Virus record (IMG/VR): IMGVR_UViG_3300033149_005152
Location: 34,586-98,585 of that record
Source: a virus
Direction: 5' to 3' (one strand)
DNA length: 64,000 bases
Below the pieces are notes generated by a model that saw only the letters and a program-made list of their open reading frames with translations, did not search any database and had not been told where the DNA came from. A program made the position numbers and the translations under genes. Below, piece by piece: positions 59,401-64,000 of this stretch; within the stretch, counting starts at the first letter, position 1, and every line of letters begins with the position of its first letter.

Positions 59401-60081
59401 CTATGTTTTTTTGGTTCTTATTCCTCGTCTTATATAATAAGTTTTATTATTTCTTCTCACGGGATAATAAACCCTCTTTCTGCCTACTTTTTTAGGTCTG
59501 CCCACTTTCTTCTTAACTATTATGGGAGTTGGATAAAAATCAGGATACTCCCTTCTTAATAAGGATTCCCTCCTTAATTCATTTTCCATCCTTTTTCTAA
59601 ATTCTCTTTCTTTCCTTTGTTCTAGTTCTTTTGCTTTTTGAAGTAATTCCTTTCTCTTTCTTTCTTCCCTTATCCTACGAATTTTCATCTCTTGTCCACG
59701 TCTGCGCTCTCTTAATGCTTCTCTAGCTACCATTCCTACACCTGGTGCAGCTGCGGTTCCAAATAAAACATAAGGATGAGAAATAAATCTTTCAAATCTA
59801 TCTCCACCAGCTTCTAATTTCCTCAATTTCTCTTCGCTTTGTGAAATAAATTCTTCGCCCGCTTCTATTTCTCGCCTTAATTCCTGTGCTCTTCTGGTTT
59901 CCTTATTTTTTAATCTATTATATCGTTTTTTATTTGCGCTAATTGCTCTTTTTTCTTCATTAATAATTTTTTGTAAATCAGATATTTTTACTTTTTTTCT
60001 ACGAGCAAACTGTCTACCAGTCCGTCCAGTAGCATTTAAAATATGTCTTAAAGCCGAAAGTATACTACGTCCATATGCCAC
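59401..60081 (-). CDS. basic coiled-coil protein (basic family member)
   Basis: ALRHIL; VLFGTAAAPGVGMVA; KKVGRPKKVGR tail. Confidence 0.7.
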   Translation of the reverse strand: MAYGRSILSALRHILNATGRTGRQFARRKKVKISDLQKIINEEKRAISANKKRYNRLKNKETRRAQELRREIEAGEEFISQSEEKLRKLEAGGDRFERFISHPYVLFGTAAAPGVGMVAREALRERRRGQEMKIRRIREERKRKELLQKAKELEQRKEREFRKRMENELRRESLLRREYPDFYPTPIIVKKKVGRPKKVGRKRVYYPVRRNNKTYYIRRGIRTKKT

Positions 60082-60084
60082 TTA

Positions 60085-60402
60085 TTATAATTCACCTCTT
60101 TCTATTAATAATCCTTCAAGAAGAACCATATAATTTATAATATCCCCGATTTTTTCAGTCCAATATTCTGATGGTTGAGATTGTCCTCTTTCCAATCTTT
60201 GAATATTTGTAATAATTCCAAACCAGTGCTTTGTAACTAAATTCATTAAATAACGTTCAGGTATTTCCCCTAATGCTTGAGAACCGTCTTTAAAATTACG
60301 TAATCTATCCTTTTCTACATATTCTTGCCCTTTTTGTAGTAATACCTGTTCACATTTCTCAAGTCTATTTTTTACTATCATATCAAATTCTTTTTGTGTC
60401 AT
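60085..60402 (-). CDS. DUF1599/nucleotide-modification-associated (MazG-like) protein
   Basis: KGQEY...DRLRNF...KH...EKIGDIINY. Confidence 0.7.
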   Translation of the reverse strand: MTQKEFDMIVKNRLEKCEQVLLQKGQEYVEKDRLRNFKDGSQALGEIPERYLMNLVTKHWFGIITNIQRLERGQSQPSEYWTEKIGDIINYMVLLEGLLIERGEL

Positions 60403-61151
60403 TATTTTCTCCCTTTAGACCATTTTCTTTGTCTTATTTTTCTAATAACTCTATCTAATTGTTTTTCTTTATATGTTATCCAATGATCATACTCTTTAGC
60501 TGCTTCTTTTGATACATTTTTCATAATTGGATGTTTTGAAAAAGGAATTACCTTCATTATCACATTTTCTTCAAGTTCACGTGGAACCTTTCCCTTTATT
60601 CTTGCCAAAACCTCATAATATTTTTGAGAAGTAGGCCAATTTCCATCTCTACATATAAACCTATTTACAACTCTTTTACGAGGATCAACAATATCCATAA
60701 TTTTTTCTTTATAATTTCTAGCAAGATAAACATCTGCGGTACTTGGTAATGCTATTCCCGAAGGATGATTGTGAATGTTATAACCTACACCAAGTTTTCT
60801 ACGCATTACTTCTAACGGCCTAAATCTTTTATCAAACTGGTCAAAATGTACGTTCTCTTTTCCTCCTACCACCCATTCTCGCTTAGGTTTAGCTCCTTTA
60901 CCTCTTTTTCTTAATGAAAAAGAAACTTCTCTTTTCTTACTTGCCAATGCTACAGGCATACCACCATATTTTTTACGTATTTTTCGCCGGATAAATTCAT
61001 CGGAAGTTAATTCAGTTTCTCCCAAAGCATAAATTTCATCCATTAACGTAGATAAAGTCTGTTTTTTCTTCCTTTTCGCTCTTTTATATCTCCTACTTTT
61101 ACCTAAAACGCCACGAAGTCTAAGCAGAGCAGCATATTTTTTCTTAGCCAA
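60402..61151 (-). CDS. basic protein with JAB/JAMM metalloprotease-like domain
   Basis: RLRGVL leader; RE...HNHPSGIALPSTAD = H-x-H-x7-S-x2-D. Confidence 0.7.
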   Translation of the reverse strand: MAKKKYAALLRLRGVLGKSRRYKRAKRKKKQTLSTLMDEIYALGETELTSDEFIRRKIRKKYGGMPVALASKKREVSFSLRKRGKGAKPKREWVVGGKENVHFDQFDKRFRPLEVMRRKLGVGYNIHNHPSGIALPSTADVYLARNYKEKIMDIVDPRKRVVNRFICRDGNWPTSQKYYEVLARIKGKVPRELEENVIMKVIPFSKHPIMKNVSKEAAKEYDHWITYKEKQLDRVIRKIRQRKWSKGRK

Positions 61152-61183
61152 TCATTTTCTCCTCCTTTTACGCCGATAATTTA

Positions 61184-62878
61184 TTATTTTGCTACCATAT
61201 AACGATAAACTAATAATGGACTATTGGGAGAATAAACTTCAATCCATCCGTCCTTTATATTTAATCCTGAAAAATAATCCTGCACTTGACGAACTATCTG
61301 ATATTTTGAAGGCAAATACTTAATTACTGACTCTTCAGCTATTAAACTGCCATTATCACCATAAGCTTTAATTGAAATTTCAGCACCCTCTTTTCCAGGA
61401 TTAAAAATACTCATCATAGTTGTCCATCCAGATATAGACGTTAAATAGAAAATTGTCCAACGCTTTTTTGGTGTAAAAGATGGAAAAGCTACAGCATGAT
61501 CAACCACCGGAGAAGCACAAATAGACTCATCTCCACTAAGTTTAGCCTTTTCGCTTTTAACAATCATCCAACCTTCAGAATCTTCCTCAAAAAATTGATG
61601 AAGTTCATCAGAAAACTTCAAAACGTGTCCCATTGGATTAATAGAAATTGCAGGCCTATTAAGGACATAATTTTCTCCTTCGTTCATATAATATTCAACA
61701 CTCAAATCATCAACAACCGATACAGGACAAAGATTAACGATACTCAACACAGTCATCATTCCAGATGTTTTCGCTTTTTGAACGACATAAAAATAAAGGG
61801 GATCACCAGGCGAGCATAATACCTCATCGTCAAATGGCACACAAGGGGTCTCACCCTCTCCAGGACACATCGAAGCATCCACAAAGGTAACTTCACCCTT
61901 GTTCACCCTCACGTTACCGTAACACCACGAACGATAGCCGTCACGAGTATATTTTATTTCATAAAGTCCTGGAGAAATATTTAATGTATAATTTCCTGCT
62001 GAAATACGATTAAAAAAAGTTCCTGATTGTGTTATAATAATATGATTTCCTGGATTAACAACTACTTGAACACCAGCTAATCCCAACCCAGTGGAAGCAT
62101 CTATTACTCTACCACTAATAGTACCAACAGAATCGGGAGAAAACGTAACCTCGTTATAAATATCTTTTATATCATTTTCTGATAAATTTACCTTATAAAA
62201 CCTAATTTCATCCATCCAACAATTAACAGGGCATATTTCCATTTGCCCATAATGTGAACTGCATCCTATATAAATAGGTGTTGATGAACCATTATACCTA
62301 AAATAATTATAATTAACAGCTTTTAAAACACCATCAACATATATTTTTTTACCATCTTCACCCCAAGTACATGCTACATGATGCCAATCATTATCCCTAA
62401 AAATATCATCAATTTTAGTATATAAATTACAATCGTCATTAAATCCAGGAGGTTTAGTTTTAAAATTCAAATGTCCAGCTGGATTAGCAGAATTTCCTTG
62501 TTTTCCTCCGATCCAACTTAAATGAAAATTAGGATCGTTACCAATTGCAAAAAAATCATGACGCTCATCATCTTCCATAAAATCAAACAAGGGTTTTATC
62601 CAAGCAGTAAAAGTTCCTCTATCAGCAGTCCAAAAGCCAGAATTTACAAACTTTACTGAAGAACCATATGTAAAATCAGCAGCCCTCCCCAATCCTGGGA
62701 TACTATCAGCGTATGTAATTCCTTTTACAATAGGGGAATGATCACTAACTACATCTCTCATATCCCCCTCGCAAGGAAGATGTAAAGATGGAGTAACCGC
62801 ATTAGCATTAGAAATAAATAGGGGAAATCCTATTAAAATTCCAACCAATAAGAACAAATTAAAAATTTCCATTTTCAT
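61184..62878 (-). CDS. secreted protein: LamG domain + carboxypeptidase-regulatory-like domain + beta-rich C-terminus
   Basis: Signal peptide (..SNANA); TFTAWIK, WHHVACTW, IYVDG, DEIRFY; GTISGRVIDASTG. Confidence 0.78.
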   Translation of the reverse strand: MKMEIFNLFLLVGILIGFPLFISNANAVTPSLHLPCEGDMRDVVSDHSPIVKGITYADSIPGLGRAADFTYGSSVKFVNSGFWTADRGTFTAWIKPLFDFMEDDERHDFFAIGNDPNFHLSWIGGKQGNSANPAGHLNFKTKPPGFNDDCNLYTKIDDIFRDNDWHHVACTWGEDGKKIYVDGVLKAVNYNYFRYNGSSTPIYIGCSSHYGQMEICPVNCWMDEIRFYKVNLSENDIKDIYNEVTFSPDSVGTISGRVIDASTGLGLAGVQVVVNPGNHIIITQSGTFFNRISAGNYTLNISPGLYEIKYTRDGYRSWCYGNVRVNKGEVTFVDASMCPGEGETPCVPFDDEVLCSPGDPLYFYVVQKAKTSGMMTVLSIVNLCPVSVVDDLSVEYYMNEGENYVLNRPAISINPMGHVLKFSDELHQFFEEDSEGWMIVKSEKAKLSGDESICASPVVDHAVAFPSFTPKKRWTIFYLTSISGWTTMMSIFNPGKEGAEISIKAYGDNGSLIAEESVIKYLPSKYQIVRQVQDYFSGLNIKDGWIEVYSPNSPLLVYRYMVAK

Positions 62879-62882
62879 ATTA
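62801..62882. repeat. ~82-bp direct repeat, copy 1 (5' end of the 61184 gene)
   Basis: Near-identical to 63705-63787. Confidence 0.85.
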
Positions 62883-63689
62883 ATCCCCCACTAATGCGTT
62901 TCTATCATCATAATAATAATGAGCAAATAATTTTCTGCACCTTATGCCACCAGTCCACACAGAATCATAATTTATATAATCATAAGGCACATTATTTTTG
63001 TACAACCATTCTGCCATTCTTCTTTCATCTTCCCCCTCTCTACAAGTCCAAATTATAATCCTTGTTAAATCATCTTCCCATAACTTTTTCATTTTATCAA
63101 CAACACTATTACGAATTTTCCCTATTTCTGGATATTCATTTTTACAAATAGTGCCATCAAAATCAAAAGCGTGTATTTTATAAGCTCCATTTTTAGGAGC
63201 TTCTATTATGTCATCAAAACCCTCATCTAATGTTGGAGACTCAAATTCATCAGCAAATTTATTATATATTTCTGCCCATTTTCTTTCAGTAATTCCTTTG
63301 GAATTTTTACTCCTCCTATGAAGACAAGTTATTATGTCGGAATTAAAAACAACTGCTATTTTTTTCCATTCTATATTGCTTTTACCCTCCCGCACATTTA
63401 TATAACAATTTATTAAACATATAAACCTTTTTCTTTTTGCTCGACTCATATTTGTTCTATCTATTATAATATCTCTATCTTGATTTAATAAACTATCTTC
63501 CAACAGAGTATCTTCAATACGATGATAAGTAGAACTTAATTCTGGATCATAACGAGTATAATCTCCCATGTGCATCATATCAGTTATGGCATCATTTGAA
63601 ATATAAATAGCACCCTTAAAAACCTTTCTTCTAGCCCAATAAGTTTTACCTGAACCTATATTACCTATTAATATATAAACATTTGGCAT
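62880..63689 (-). CDS. polynucleotide kinase-like P-loop kinase fused to a HAD phosphatase
   Basis: GNIGSGKT, IIIDRTN; FDFDGT, IIWTCR, YYDDR. Confidence 0.82.
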   Translation of the reverse strand: MPNVYILIGNIGSGKTYWARRKVFKGAIYISNDAITDMMHMGDYTRYDPELSSTYHRIEDTLLEDSLLNQDRDIIIDRTNMSRAKRKRFICLINCYINVREGKSNIEWKKIAVVFNSDIITCLHRRSKNSKGITERKWAEIYNKFADEFESPTLDEGFDDIIEAPKNGAYKIHAFDFDGTICKNEYPEIGKIRNSVVDKMKKLWEDDLTRIIIWTCREGEDERRMAEWLYKNNVPYDYINYDSVWTGGIRCRKLFAHYYYDDRNALVGD

Positions 63690-63704
63690 TTAATCCTCCA
63701 CTGT

Positions 63705-63787
63705 ATTAACATTAAAAATAAATAAGGGAAATCCTATTAAAACCCCCCACCAATAAGAACAAATTAAAAATTTCCATTTTCATATTA
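63705..63787. repeat. ~82-bp direct repeat, copy 2 (frameshifted gene-start remnant MKMEIFNLFLLVG...)
   Basis: Near-identical to 62801-62882, with an indel at the C6 run. Confidence 0.85.
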
Positions 63788-64000
63788 CTTCTCCTTATCT
63801 TCAAATATACCTTCTAAATCATGGCATATTTCAAAATCCCCCTTTTCATAATGATCATAAATTGAACAACATCCGCATGTTCCCCTATTAGTATTCATAT
63901 GTCCTATTAAGATCATTTTTCCCTCATCTCTTATTATTGTACCTACAGTAAAATTCTTTTCTAAAAACTGAAAATGCTCAGTTTCTAGTTTACAATTACC
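63785..64000 (-). CDS. partial hypothetical protein (5' end outside the window)
   Basis: Open frame ...ILIGHMNTNRGTCGCCS...EDKEK*. Confidence 0.5.
   Translation of the reverse strand, partial: GNCKLETEHFQFLEKNFTVGTIIRDEGKMILIGHMNTNRGTCGCCSIYDHYEKGDFEICHDLEGIFEDKEK

Noticed and set aside
4243-63183. All plus-strand ORFs in the track (e.g. 16925-17326, 26673-27353, 39728-40171, 54796-55185)
   Set aside because: They lie antisense to well-supported minus-strand genes, lack recognisable motifs, and have shadow-ORF composition (F/S/I/L-rich).
1-64000. tRNA, rRNA, integrase, capsid or terminase genes
   Set aside because: No cloverleaf/T-loop signature or matching protein motifs seen by eye. tRNAscan-SE was not run, and head genes probably lie outside the window.

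Overview
This is a 64-kb segment of a large, AT-rich tailed bacteriophage with a siphovirus-like, lambda L/K/I/J-type tail. Essentially every credible gene is on the minus strand. In transcription order (high to low coordinates) there are four blocks. (i) About 64-48 kb, an accessory/virion-associated block: PNK-like kinase-phosphatase, exported LamG/CBM proteins, a GT4-methyltransferase-GT2 fusion carrying an HNH intein, a phosphoesterase and two JAB/JAMM-like proteins. (ii) 48.3-26.7 kb, the tail module: terminator, major tail protein, frameshifted chaperone, tape measure, M-, L-, K- and I+J-like proteins, and fibres. (iii) A late/early boundary at 26.3-26.7 kb, then many small early genes including a Ycf46-type AAA ATPase/DUF1257/DUF2997 set. 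(iv) 13.5-0 kb, replication/recombination: SF2 helicase, DnaB, primase, RemA-like protein, UDG-PolA fusion, SSB, RecA and SbcD/SbcC. The most striking unexplained pattern is a dispersed family of 8 intact very basic proteins plus one decayed copy, inserted between structural genes. They share an N-terminal amphipathic [KQAR]-L-R-x-hydrophobic-hydrophobic motif. Most have a Gly/Ala-rich hydrophobic segment and a K/R tail, while two instead carry JAMM metalloprotease-like domains. The tail-tip protein starts with a ubiquitin-like domain ending in LRGG, yet the gpK homologue lacks its usual JAB domain. No capsid, terminase, tRNA or CRISPR array was seen. All calls come from motif reading by eye; no searches were run.
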